Source of the DNA: an uncultured Gammaproteobacteria bacterium
Lineage (GTDB): Bacteria; Patescibacteriota; Patescibacteriia; Magasanikbacterales; GWA2-37-8
Reading direction: 5' to 3'
Length of the DNA: 50,791 nucleotides
Assembly: GCA_964619625.1 (NCBI GenBank)
Contig: CAZUFD010000005.1
Coordinates: 3,635-54,425 of the forward strand
Part shown: piece by piece, positions 17,901 through 24,899 of the stretch
Layout: the number at the start of each line of letters is the position of its first letter
Numbering within the stretch: the first letter of the stretch is position 1
Program-made: the position numbers and the translations under genes
The notes under the pieces: model-generated
Seen by the model: only the letters and a program-made list of their open reading frames with translations
The model's database searches: none
Told to the model about the DNA's origin: nothing

Positions 17901-19101
17901 CCAGAGAAAAACTGGCACTGATTGTGTGGTTGGCCACAACATTTGTAAATGTATAACTTGATACTGCGCCTTGTGATACACCATCAACAAGCACGCTAGA
18001 GATTTGATAACCGCTGTTTGCCGATACCGTAAAAATTTGGTTTGCACCGCTATTTACACTGACTGCGCCGGAAGGCGAAATCGTACCGCCAGCATCGGCA
18101 GTTGAGGAAATGGTATAGGTTGTGGTGGGAACTTGGGAGAAACTGGCGGAAATTGTATGATTTGTCACAACATTTGTAAAAGTATAGCTGGAAACTGCGC
18201 CTTGATTTACACCGTCTACTAATACTTGAGCAATTTGGTATCCACCACTCGCACTCACCGTAAAAGTTTGGTTTGCGCCGCTATTTATACTAACTGCGCC
18301 GACTGGCGAAATTGTTCCGCCAGTTCCGGCTGAAGAAGTAACCGTAAATGTCTGTACCGGAGGAGTAGTTGTAACGCTGGCAAGTTCCGCAACTTCAGCT
18401 TGGGTGATAGCTCGGTTATAAACTTGAAACTCGTCTATATATCCGGCAAAACGACCATCATAAGAAGAAATCTCAAAAATGTCGGGGCTGACTACTCCCA
18501 AAGTTTTTCCGGTGCTGCCAGTACCAACCGGTTGACCATTAAAATAAATAGAAGCGGTAGTGCCAGTATGGGTAGTAGCAATATGAATCCACGTGTCAGT
18601 AGGAATGGAAGCAGAAGACGTGATCCAAGTACCAAATGGAGTGCCATTACTATGCGTGGTCATGAATTTTAACTGGCCGGTAGCGTCCTTAAATACTCGG
18701 CTGTGAAGAACTTGATATTTAAAAAATAAGTCATGATCTGTGTTGTTTGCCCAAGTATTTGCATCGGCGCTGCTTATTCTCATCCAAAACGAAATACTGC
18801 CTCCGGCCCAACCATTGAATAGACTGCTGCCGCCCAAAGCTTGGGATTCAATCCCGCCGTCTATATATAAAGAAGCGACGCTGCTGGTTACTGGCGCAAC
18901 TTGCGTGCTGTATGAAGCTGTACCTCGTAAAGTAAAATCATTAGGACCGACTGAATCCAAAGAATTATTATCAAATTTTAAATACGTAACCAGTCCGCTG
19001 ACGGCCGCTTGAGTAGATGGGGTTGAAACACTACTAACAACAACCGCCAACAATGCCAACACAGAAAACCCGGCCAAAAACCCCGCTACTTTTGATCGCA
19101 T
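14935..19101 (-). CDS. secreted multidomain protein: LamG-like, 4x InlB-B-repeat-like, PQQ-sugar-dehydrogenase-like beta-propeller, PKD/Ig-like, LamG-like
   Basis: 1,388 aa with a signal peptide. Propeller motifs: ERGLLGIAFDPNF, HRGGDIHFGPDGKLYLSLGD, GLRNPYRFSF. PKD motif: DPDNDQLTYLWDFGDGATS...YTTRLTVADGHGG. Both termini resemble each other (LKFDNNSLDS... / WKFNNNVVES..., FDDLRLYN / IDEFQVYN), consistent with concanavalin/LamG-type modules. Confidence 0.75.
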   Translation of the reverse strand: MRSKVAGFLAGFSVLALLAVVVSSVSTPSTQAAVSGLVTYLKFDNNSLDSVGPNDFTLRGTASYSTQVAPVTSSVASLYIDGGIESQALGGSSLFNGWAGGSISFWMRISSADANTWANNTDHDLFFKYQVLHSRVFKDATGQLKFMTTHSNGTPFGTWITSSASIPTDTWIHIATTHTGTTASIYFNGQPVGTGSTGKTLGVVSPDIFEISSYDGRFAGYIDEFQVYNRAITQAEVAELASVTTTPPVQTFTVTSSAGTGGTISPVGAVSINSGANQTFTVSASGGYQIAQVLVDGVNQGAVSSYTFTNVVTNHTISASFSQVPTTTYTISSTADAGGTISPSGAVSVNSGANQIFTVSANSGYQISSVLVDGVSQGAVSSYTFTNVVANHTISASFSLAPTTTYTITSTAGAGGSISPSGTVAVSSGANQAFNITPNSGYQIATVVVDGVNQGALASYTFTNVTANHAISATFSQITYTISASAGAGGSISPSGTVVVPFGGSQTFTIVPNSGYQISNVLVNGSSVGAVSNYSFSNVNSNQTIAASFVSTSTPAEGTFQINNNFITGLTNPTAMAFAPDGRLFVTEQAGAVRIITPEGQLLATPFLVTTNMRSDEERGLLGIAFDPNFTTNNYIYIFYTENSLGARLSRFTANGNVVVPGSELILLEYYNISGNHRGGDIHFGPDGKLYLSLGDAGEPLSSQSVTDYNGKILRLNSDGTIPSDNPASFVDTSGNVLTPAGQYRAIWAFGLRNPYRFSFNSLTGKMHINDVGAGLWEEVNVGNAGINYGWPTCEGMCSNTYARNPIYVHERGIEGCAITGGAFYTGSQFPASYQNDYFVIDYCATWLRYLDSANNASATFELPVPQYSVDLKTAPDGSLLVAGHGSGIISKITFVASSTNRNPTAVATATPTSGPTPLSVYLDGSGSTDPDNDQLTYLWDFGDGATSTSVTSTHTYIASGNYTTRLTVADGHGGVHSVTLNIMVGSAPTANIILPVVGTLYTAGDTINFSGEATDPDDGVLPASAYSWTVVFHHDTHTHPHLGPVTSTTSSAFTIPTFGHTEDNVWYRINLTVTDSSGLQNTVSRDVLPRKANITLAASVPGTQVLLDGSPQITPFTFVGVAGVQRTIGLNSPQTVSGQGYEFSSWSDGGVKDHMIVTPALDTTYTVNMVTQTTPTLPSPTLYWKFNNNVVESMLGVTTVGRGTIVYSTNTAPIAATNTASLSFNGAVNTYLATDGSQIINGWNQATVSNWVRITSTTYNSWSTASYHALLFKYRILQTRLQKTSTGLKFVATHSDGTPFVTHIYSSSTIPLNTWVNLVSVHQGTNVTLYINGQLAGSGSTGKNLGGTSTDGMDIIGHGGNYSGLFDDLRLYNTAFSLEQVQQLPLQ
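17450..18351 (-). repeat. four tandem ~75-aa coding repeats (InlB B-repeat-like Ig modules)
   Basis: The unit TYTISSTADAGGTISPSGAVSVNSGANQIFTVSANSGYQISSVLVDGVSQGAVSSYTFTNVVANHTISASF recurs 4 times with variation, at about residues 251-551 of the 1,388-aa protein. Boundaries are approximate. Confidence 0.8.
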
Positions 19102-19190
19102 ATACGAAATGAATGAGAGGATTAAATTAAATGTTTTTAATTTAATTCCGAATGAATGAGTATATATGGGCTTTTGCCCATATAATTTAT

Positions 19191-19221
19191 ATTATTATAA
19201 GACACTGAAAAAATCAGTGTC
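19191..19221 (-). terminator. probable terminator after the bPH_2 gene
   Basis: 8-bp stem GACACTGA / TCAGTGTC (19201-19208 / 19214-19221) with a 5-nt loop. On the minus strand it is followed by TTATAATAAT. A second hairpin, TATATGGGC-TTTT-GCCCATATA, lies at 19163-19184. Confidence 0.5.
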
Positions 19222-19250
19222 TCCTTTATGAATAAATTAAATTTGTATTA

Positions 19251-19835
19251 TTATAAACCTTTATTTTTTGTTTGACCAGCCCTGCTAATAAGTTCATCTC
19301 GCAACTGTTCGGCCACTTCTTTGGAAATACCCGGCAAAAACCCTTCGGCGCTCATGCCCATCGCCCCACCTCTGGCACCATACACCGCGCTCGCGCCGGC
19401 AGTTTGAATCATAAGGCTAGAAAGCCCAAACATGCGCGCAAACAAACTTCTATGGATATCTACATTTTGAATACGGTCATACGGAATCGTAACGTACTTT
19501 TTAGTGATAATACCGCTCTCTTTGCGAAAACCGGCATCCACAAGTTCATAACGATAAAAATGAACGGTTAGTTTTGCCCAAACAAAGCATGCTACTAAAT
19601 ATAATATAAAAAATAACAATGGCCCTAATATGACCCATACAGTGCTCGTACTGGCACTATAGTCAAAATTCACCGTAGAGTTCTGTTGCGAAGACATCTT
19701 AAATAAACCGGCAAAAACCGCAAGAAATGATCCGGAAAGACCGAAATAAAAAGCCAAAAATGCAAACGGCAGACAACAGCCAAAGCATGATTGGAAGAAA
19801 AACAACCACACGGCTTTTGGGTCTAACTGTTTCAT
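19251..19835 (-). CDS. membrane protein with a bacterial PH (bPH_2, YdbS/YdbT-like) domain
   Basis: 194 aa with N-terminal TM segments. GFRKESGIITKKYVTIPYDRIQNVDIHRSLFARMFGLSSLMIQTAG matches the bPH_2 pattern. Confidence 0.65.
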   Translation of the reverse strand: MKQLDPKAVWLFFFQSCFGCCLPFAFLAFYFGLSGSFLAVFAGLFKMSSQQNSTVNFDYSASTSTVWVILGPLLFFILYLVACFVWAKLTVHFYRYELVDAGFRKESGIITKKYVTIPYDRIQNVDIHRSLFARMFGLSSLMIQTAGASAVYGARGGAMGMSAEGFLPGISKEVAEQLRDELISRAGQTKNKGL

Positions 19836-19859
19836 AATTATAAATTAAAGAATAAGTGT

Positions 19860-19944
19860 TGGTGCCCAGGGCGGGAATCGAACCCGCATGCCTTTCGGCG
19901 AGGGATTTTAAGTCCCTTGTGTCTACCAATTTCACCACCTGGGC
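19860..19944 (-). tRNA. tRNA-Leu (anticodon TAA), CCA encoded
   Basis: Minus-strand sequence: GCCCAGGTGGTGAAATTGGTAGACACAAGGGACTTAAAATCCCTCGCCGAAAGGCATGCGGGTTCGATTCCCGCCCTGGGCACCA. It has a long variable arm and anticodon loop CTTAAAA. Confidence 0.9.
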
Positions 19945-19998
19945 GTTTGTAAACTACAAAAATTCTATCACCCGTTTCTCAAAAAATCAAGGGCCAAG

Positions 19999-20553
19999 CT
20001 ACACTATTATTTCTTCTACCCCTTCACTAGAATTAACGTATCGCGCGGCGGCAAACAAAAAATCACTGAGACGATTTAAATAAATATTTAATTCCGCGCG
20101 AATAGGCGTGATTTTATTAAAATCTACCAGCTGTCTTTCGGCACGGCGGCAAATCGTGCGGGCCATATGAAGCTGCGCACCGGCCAAACTTCCGCCCGGA
20201 AGAATGAAATTTCTAAGCGGCGGCAACTTACTCCAAAATTTATCAATAAAAACTTCCATTTCTGTCACGCGCGTGGCATCTATTTTTTCTATTGTATCTT
20301 CAAGCGGCCCTTGTAGGGCGGCAAGCTCTGCTCCTACTTTAAATAAATCCCGCTGAATTTGTTGGATAAAATTTCCAATTTTGCTTATCTCTTCATCTTG
20401 ATTTTTATTAAGTAGTGCTACCACTACGCCCAAGGCAGCGTTAAGTTCGTCTATTTCACCTATCACCTGCATTTCCAAACAGCTTTTACTCACTCTTTTT
20501 CCGCCTAAGAGCGATGTTTCACCTTTATCTCCGGTTTTAGTATATATTTTCAT
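19999..20553 (-). CDS. PduO-type ATP:cob(I)alamin adenosyltransferase
   Basis: 184 aa. MKIYTKTGDKGETSLLGGKRVSKS is the hallmark N-terminus of the Cob_adeno_trans family. Confidence 0.85.
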   Translation of the reverse strand: MKIYTKTGDKGETSLLGGKRVSKSCLEMQVIGEIDELNAALGVVVALLNKNQDEEISKIGNFIQQIQRDLFKVGAELAALQGPLEDTIEKIDATRVTEMEVFIDKFWSKLPPLRNFILPGGSLAGAQLHMARTICRRAERQLVDFNKITPIRAELNIYLNRLSDFLFAAARYVNSSEGVEEIIV

Positions 20554-20575
20554 ATATGGAATCTATTCTCTAAAC

Positions 20576-20612
20576 AACAACTCGCCCCGACGGGCATGGG
20601 GGGCGAGTTGTT
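20576..20612 (-). terminator. terminator-like hairpin after nrdJ
   Basis: 13-bp stem AACAACTCGCCCC (20576-20588) / GGGGCGAGTTGTT (20600-20612). On the minus strand it is followed by a weak T-tract (GTTTAGAG...). Confidence 0.55.
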
Positions 20613-20644
20613 TCTATCTTCATAATCAGATTTCTACTTTAATT

Positions 20645-23600
20645 TTAAGAGCAGCCGGTGGTACTACCGCAATTTAAACACTTATAGCAAGCGCCATTTC
20701 TTATCGTAATATGTCCGCAGGTTCCGCAAGGTGGCGCATCACCCATCATGCCGGATAATTGCTTACCCATTGCATCGGTGCCAACGTCATGGCCAGATTC
20801 TTCTTTTGCCATAGTTGGCAAAGTGGCCTGAGCAGTATTCGTTTCGGATTTATCGGCCAGCGGCATCACATGTTGTCCGCCCAATTTGGCCGCGAGCTGT
20901 TCCATCTGTTGAGCTTTATTTTTTTGAATGCCGGTTGGTTTTACCTGGACAAAATCCGTGCGCCCCAAATATTCCATGCCTAATAATCTGAACACAAAAT
21001 CAATTATGGAAGTACAAAATTTAATATTTGGATGATCGGTAATACCGCTTGGTTCAAAGCGAGTAAAGGTAAACTTGTCTACATATTCTTCCAAAGGTAC
21101 GCCATACTGCAAACCTGTGGAAATTGATATCGCAAAAAGGTTGAGCATGCTGCGGAAAGCCGCGCCTTCTTTATGCATATCAATAAATATTTCTCCGAGT
21201 CTGCCGTCCGGATATTCACCGGTGCGCAGGAACAGTGTTTGGCCGGCGATTTTGGCTTTAATGGTAATACCGCCGCGCTTGTATGGCATCTTACGCTGTT
21301 CGCCGTGCACATAAATGCGGTTGCCCTGGACGGATCCATCATGATTATACTTAATCAAAGCCTGCGCTTCGGCTACCATTTGATTTATCACCGCTTCATT
21401 TTCGCTTGATAAACTATAGGTCTTATGAGTCTCTTCTTTTACGGTGGTCTTTATTTCTTCCACCACTACTTTTTCTTCAACTTTTGTTTCAGCTTTAGCG
21501 TCTTCGGTCTTTTTCTTATCAGATTTTGCCGAGAGCGGTTGTGATAATTTTGATCCGTCACGGTACAAAGCCATGGCTTTTAGACCCAATTTCCAGGAAG
21601 CAACATACGCGGTTTTTACATCATCAAGCGTAGCTTCATGCGGCATGTTAATAGTTTTGGAAATTGCACCGGATAAAAACGGCTGTACCGCCGCCATCAT
21701 GCGGATATGGCCCAAGAAATGAATATAGCGTTGGCCTTTCTTGCCGTTTTTATTAGCTGTATCAAACACGGCGTAATGTTCTTTGCGCAAATGCGGAGCG
21801 CCTTCAATGGTCATCGCGCCACAAACAAATTCATTAGCAGTTGCAATCTGTTCCGCCGTAAATCCAAGAGCAGATAATAAGTTAAAGTTCGGATCGTTAT
21901 ACTGCTCGCTGCTAAAGCCCAACCGTTGCAGACATTCCTCACCGAGCGTCCACACATTGAACGCAAATGCCAGCTCAAACACGCCGGCCAAAGATTTTTC
22001 TATCTTTTCTAACTCCTGGTTAGTCAGGCCCTTGTCTTTCAAACTTTCATGATTGATATGCGGAGCATTTTTGAGCGTCGCATGTCCTCGCAAATAACCA
22101 ATAATATCATCGATTTGATTCTCGGTATAACCGAGCACATGCAGCGCGACCGGCACAGATTCATTTACAATTTTGAAGTATCCGCCGCCGGCTAATTTTT
22201 TGAATTTTACCAAAGCAAAATCCGGTTCTACACCTGTGGTTGCGCAATCCATTAAGAGCGCGATCGTACCGGTTGGAGCGAGCAAAGTAGTTTGGGCATT
22301 ACGGTATCCATACTTTTCTCCCATTTCTAATGCTTTATTCCAATATTCTCTGGCAGCGGCCACTAAATATGCGGGAGCATGTTCTGGGCTGATAGCCATA
22401 GGCTTAACTGAAAGATTTTCGTATTCATCGTCTGGAGCATTAAAAGCCGCACGTCTATGATTGCGTATGACACGCAACATGTCTTCTTTATTCAGATCGT
22501 ACCCGGCAAACGTGCCCAGGAACTTGGCCATTTCAGCCGAAGTTGCATACGACTCAGCCGTCATAATGGCCGTAACTGAAGCGGCAAATGCCATTGCTTC
22601 CGGAGAATCATAGGGAATACCGGCGGTCATAAGTACGCTACCGATCGCGGCATAACCCAAACCAAGCGTACGGAATAGATAACTGTTTTGCGCGATCTCC
22701 TTACTTGGAAATTGGGCCATCAAAATACTGACTTCAAGCACTACCGTCCAAACTCTGGTGGTATAAGCAAAGGCTTCAACATCAAAACTAAAGTTATCGG
22801 TATTATAATAATGGGAAAGATTTATGGAAGCCAGATTGCAGGCCGTATCATCCAAAAACATATATTCGCTGCATGGATTGGAAGCATTGATGCGACCGGA
22901 CTTTGGGCTGGTATGCCAATCATTGATAGTTGTATCAAATTGTACGCCCGGATCGGCGCAAGCCCAAGCGGCACTGGCAATTTTGTCCCACAACTGACGG
23001 GCTTTTACGGTTTTGATAACTTCTTTCTTTACGCGGCCAACTAAATTCCAATCGGATTCATTTTCTAAAGCTTCCAAAAATTCTTGGGTAACACGCACGG
23101 AATTATTTGAGTTTTGTCCGGAAACAGTTTGGTAGGCTTCGCCTTCATATGAAGATTCATATCCGCCGGCAATAAGAGCTGCAACTTTTCTTTCTTCCTT
23201 TACTTTCCAATCAATAAATTCTTCTATATCTGGGTGGTCAATATTGAGTACTACCATTTTGGCAGCGCGGCGAGTAGTGCCGCCGGATTTAATGGCGCCA
23301 GCAGCGCGGTCGCCGATTTTTAGGAAGCTCATGAGGCCGGAAGAGGTGCCGCCGCCGGAAAGTTTTTCTCCGGTCCCGCGCAAGTTGGAAAAGTTGGTAC
23401 CAGTGCCGCTGCCATACTTAAATAATCTGGCTTCGCGAATCCACAAATCCATAATACCGCCTTCGTTTACCAAATCGTCTTTGATGGATTGGATAAAACA
23501 AGCATGGGGCTGCGGATGAGTATAGGCGTCTGTGGAAGCAGTAAGAACTCCATTATCCGGATCAACATAATAATGGCCCTGAGCCGGGCCGTTTATGCCA

Positions 23601-24112
23601 TAGGCCCAATACAAACCGGTATTAAACCACTGTGGAGAGTTTGGAGCCACACGCTGGGAAATAAGCATGAAAACAAGCTCTTCATAAAATATTTGCGCGT
23701 CTTCTGGGGTAGCAAAATAACCGTACTTTTCACCCCAATAACGCCAAGTGCCGGCCAAACGGTGGGCTACTTGCTTCATACTGTGTTCAGGGCCAAGCAC
23801 CGGCTTTCCTTCCGCATCCATTACGGCTTTGCCGCTGGCGTCATATTGAGGCACACCGGCTTTGCGGAAATATTTCTGCGCCAAAATATCTGTGGCTACC
23901 TGGGTCCAGGTCTTAGGCACCTCAACTTCATTCATCTCAAACACTACCTTGCCGTTTGGTTCACGGATAACGGAAGAACGCAGTTCGTACTCAAACATGT
24001 CATAAGGACTGACGCCGTCTTTGGTAAAAAGCCTAGGGAAACGAAGCCCCTCTGGGGAGTATTTAAAGTCATTATCAAGGACAAAAGTTTTGGTCGCCAA
24101 GGCGTTTTGCAT
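20645..24112 (-). CDS. nrdJ: adenosylcobalamin-dependent ribonucleoside-diphosphate/triphosphate reductase, class II (long form)
   Basis: ORF 20645..24163. RNR core motifs are present (VAPNSPQWFNTG, NPCSEYMFLDDTACNLASINL, GGTTRRAAKMVVL), as is the C-terminal Cys cluster CGTCGHITIRNGACYKCLNCGSTTGCS. Two in-frame ATGs (24163 and 24112). I favour 24112 by alignment of LRFPRLFTKDGVSPY to the N-termini of long NrdJ proteins, but the start is uncertain. Confidence 0.9.
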   Translation of the reverse strand: MQNALATKTFVLDNDFKYSPEGLRFPRLFTKDGVSPYDMFEYELRSSVIREPNGKVVFEMNEVEVPKTWTQVATDILAQKYFRKAGVPQYDASGKAVMDAEGKPVLGPEHSMKQVAHRLAGTWRYWGEKYGYFATPEDAQIFYEELVFMLISQRVAPNSPQWFNTGLYWAYGINGPAQGHYYVDPDNGVLTASTDAYTHPQPHACFIQSIKDDLVNEGGIMDLWIREARLFKYGSGTGTNFSNLRGTGEKLSGGGTSSGLMSFLKIGDRAAGAIKSGGTTRRAAKMVVLNIDHPDIEEFIDWKVKEERKVAALIAGGYESSYEGEAYQTVSGQNSNNSVRVTQEFLEALENESDWNLVGRVKKEVIKTVKARQLWDKIASAAWACADPGVQFDTTINDWHTSPKSGRINASNPCSEYMFLDDTACNLASINLSHYYNTDNFSFDVEAFAYTTRVWTVVLEVSILMAQFPSKEIAQNSYLFRTLGLGYAAIGSVLMTAGIPYDSPEAMAFAASVTAIMTAESYATSAEMAKFLGTFAGYDLNKEDMLRVIRNHRRAAFNAPDDEYENLSVKPMAISPEHAPAYLVAAAREYWNKALEMGEKYGYRNAQTTLLAPTGTIALLMDCATTGVEPDFALVKFKKLAGGGYFKIVNESVPVALHVLGYTENQIDDIIGYLRGHATLKNAPHINHESLKDKGLTNQELEKIEKSLAGVFELAFAFNVWTLGEECLQRLGFSSEQYNDPNFNLLSALGFTAEQIATANEFVCGAMTIEGAPHLRKEHYAVFDTANKNGKKGQRYIHFLGHIRMMAAVQPFLSGAISKTINMPHEATLDDVKTAYVASWKLGLKAMALYRDGSKLSQPLSAKSDKKKTEDAKAETKVEEKVVVEEIKTTVKEETHKTYSLSSENEAVINQMVAEAQALIKYNHDGSVQGNRIYVHGEQRKMPYKRGGITIKAKIAGQTLFLRTGEYPDGRLGEIFIDMHKEGAAFRSMLNLFAISISTGLQYGVPLEEYVDKFTFTRFEPSGITDHPNIKFCTSIIDFVFRLLGMEYLGRTDFVQVKPTGIQKNKAQQMEQLAAKLGGQHVMPLADKSETNTAQATLPTMAKEESGHDVGTDAMGKQLSGMMGDAPPCGTCGHITIRNGACYKCLNCGSTTGCS

Positions 24113-24178
24113 ACTATTTTTGTTAAAAAATGGTTTAAACCCCTTTAGCCCATATAGTAGCATAAATTAATTTAAGGC

Positions 24179-24190
24179 ACTATATATAGT
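24179..24190. promoter_or_regulatory. perfect 12-bp palindrome ACTATATATAGT (NrdR-box-like) in the nrdJ leader
   Basis: The palindrome was verified by hand. With flanks (GCACTATATATAGTAA, 24177-24192) it matches 13/16 positions of the NrdR box consensus acaCwAtATaTwGtgt as I remember it. I could not find a convincing second box. Confidence 0.35.
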
Positions 24191-24208
24191 AAAAAGGAGT
24201 GGAAATTC

Positions 24209-24238
24209 ATTATACCATTTATAAAAAAATTGTGCCAA
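24209..24238 (-). promoter_or_regulatory. putative nrdJ promoter
   Basis: Minus strand: TTGGCA (24238-24233), 18-nt spacer, TGG-TATAAT (extended -10; TATAAT at 24214-24209). Confidence 0.45.
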
Positions 24239-24369
24239 ATGCGGTACTAGATGCTGGATTTGCTCTCAACTGAGAGAAAATAAAATGTATCTAAAATTAC
24301 TTTCATTAGTTATCCACAAGATAAATTAGTTTATTTACAAAAACTATAATTAAAAATTTTAATTTAAAT

Positions 24370-24420
24370 AAAAAGCACCTCGCCCGGACATTCACTTTTG
24401 ACAGTGAACGCCGAACGAGG
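24370..24420 (-). terminator. GC-rich rho-independent terminator of the GC-rich orphan gene
   Basis: Minus strand: CCTCGTTCGGCGTTCACTGTCAAAAGTGAATGTCCGGGCGAGG (imperfect long hairpin, 24420-24378) followed by TGCTTTTTATTT. Confidence 0.65.
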
Positions 24421-24437
24421 GTTGTATTTGCCGACAA

Positions 24438-24803
24438 CTACGACCTGTGACGGGGGACCCGATACTTGCCGTCCCATTGGCAGTCGAGCCAGATCCATTT
24501 CTCGACCCAACGGTCGTTGTCTTTGCTCCAGTAGACGTAGTGCACACTCTCGGGGTTGTCCGGATGCGGATCGTCCGTGAAGACGAAGACGACCTCGCCG
24601 CGGAGCGCAGGCGGGATCTCGTCCTGGTAAGCGAGGATATAATCCCGTTCACTCTTGCCGTTGTGGGCATTCATCTCCTTTGCCCGTTCGACCATGGTGT
24701 GGCCGAGGACAGACTCCTCGTCTCCCTGGAGGAAGATGAGGTTGTCAAAGGTCTCGCCGCCGAGCGTCATCTCGTTAGGGAGTTCAGACCGAACGGTATC
24801 CAT
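24438..24803 (-). CDS. orphan 121-aa acidic protein in a GC-rich island (unknown function, probable horizontal acquisition)
   Basis: ATG at 24803, preceded by AAAGGA 9-10 nt upstream; stop TAG at 24438. Third codon positions are strongly G/C-biased in this frame only (ctc ggc ggc gag acc ttc gac aac ctc atc ttc ctc cag...). I recognise no family. Confidence 0.7.
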   Translation of the reverse strand: MDTVRSELPNEMTLGGETFDNLIFLQGDEESVLGHTMVERAKEMNAHNGKSERDYILAYQDEIPPALRGEVVFVFTDDPHPDNPESVHYVYWSKDNDRWVEKWIWLDCQWDGKYRVPRHRS

Positions 24804-24864
24804 TGCTTTGTTCCTTTGCTGGATTTTTTGCAGAATACTTTAACAATAAATGCAAAAAGTCTGC

Positions 24865-24893
24865 TTGTCAATCGTTACTCTTTAACATATAAT
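24865..24893 (+). promoter_or_regulatory. ruvB promoter, predicts a leaderless or near-leaderless mRNA
   Basis: TTGTCA (24865-24870), 17-nt spacer, TATAAT (24888-24893). The ruvB ATG begins at 24900, i.e. 7 nt after the -10, with no SD. The -35 overlaps a minus-strand TTGACA that could serve the divergent orphan gene. Confidence 0.5.
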
Positions 24894-24899
24894 TGAAGA

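Noticed and set aside
19699-20083. ORFs 19699-19938 (-) and 19856-20083 (+)
   Set aside because: Both run through the tRNA-Leu gene (19860-19944) and the ends of flanking genes. They are explained by the tRNA and the neighbouring CDSs.
24164-24392. Possible cobalamin riboswitch or small RNA in the 230-nt AT-rich nrdJ upstream region
   Set aside because: I could not find the conserved B12-box or the GC-rich multi-stem core expected of a cobalamin riboswitch. The region is very AT-rich, with only a promoter-like signal, one palindrome and a tight CTCTCA-AC-TGAGAG hairpin. A 14-codon ORF (MYLKLLSLVIHKIN) has no SD or other support.
24392-24896. Alternative ORFs in the GC-rich island: 24447-24896 (+, 149 aa), 24392-24670 (-, Arg/Ser/Thr-rich), 24398-24580 (+) and 24655-24843 (+)
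   Set aside because: High-GC DNA opens long ORFs in several frames. Only the 24438-24803 minus frame shows strong G/C third-position bias, an ATG with an upstream AAGGA, and a terminator directly after its stop. The Arg/Ser-rich and Val/Leu/Asp-rich alternatives look like out-of-frame or antisense translations.
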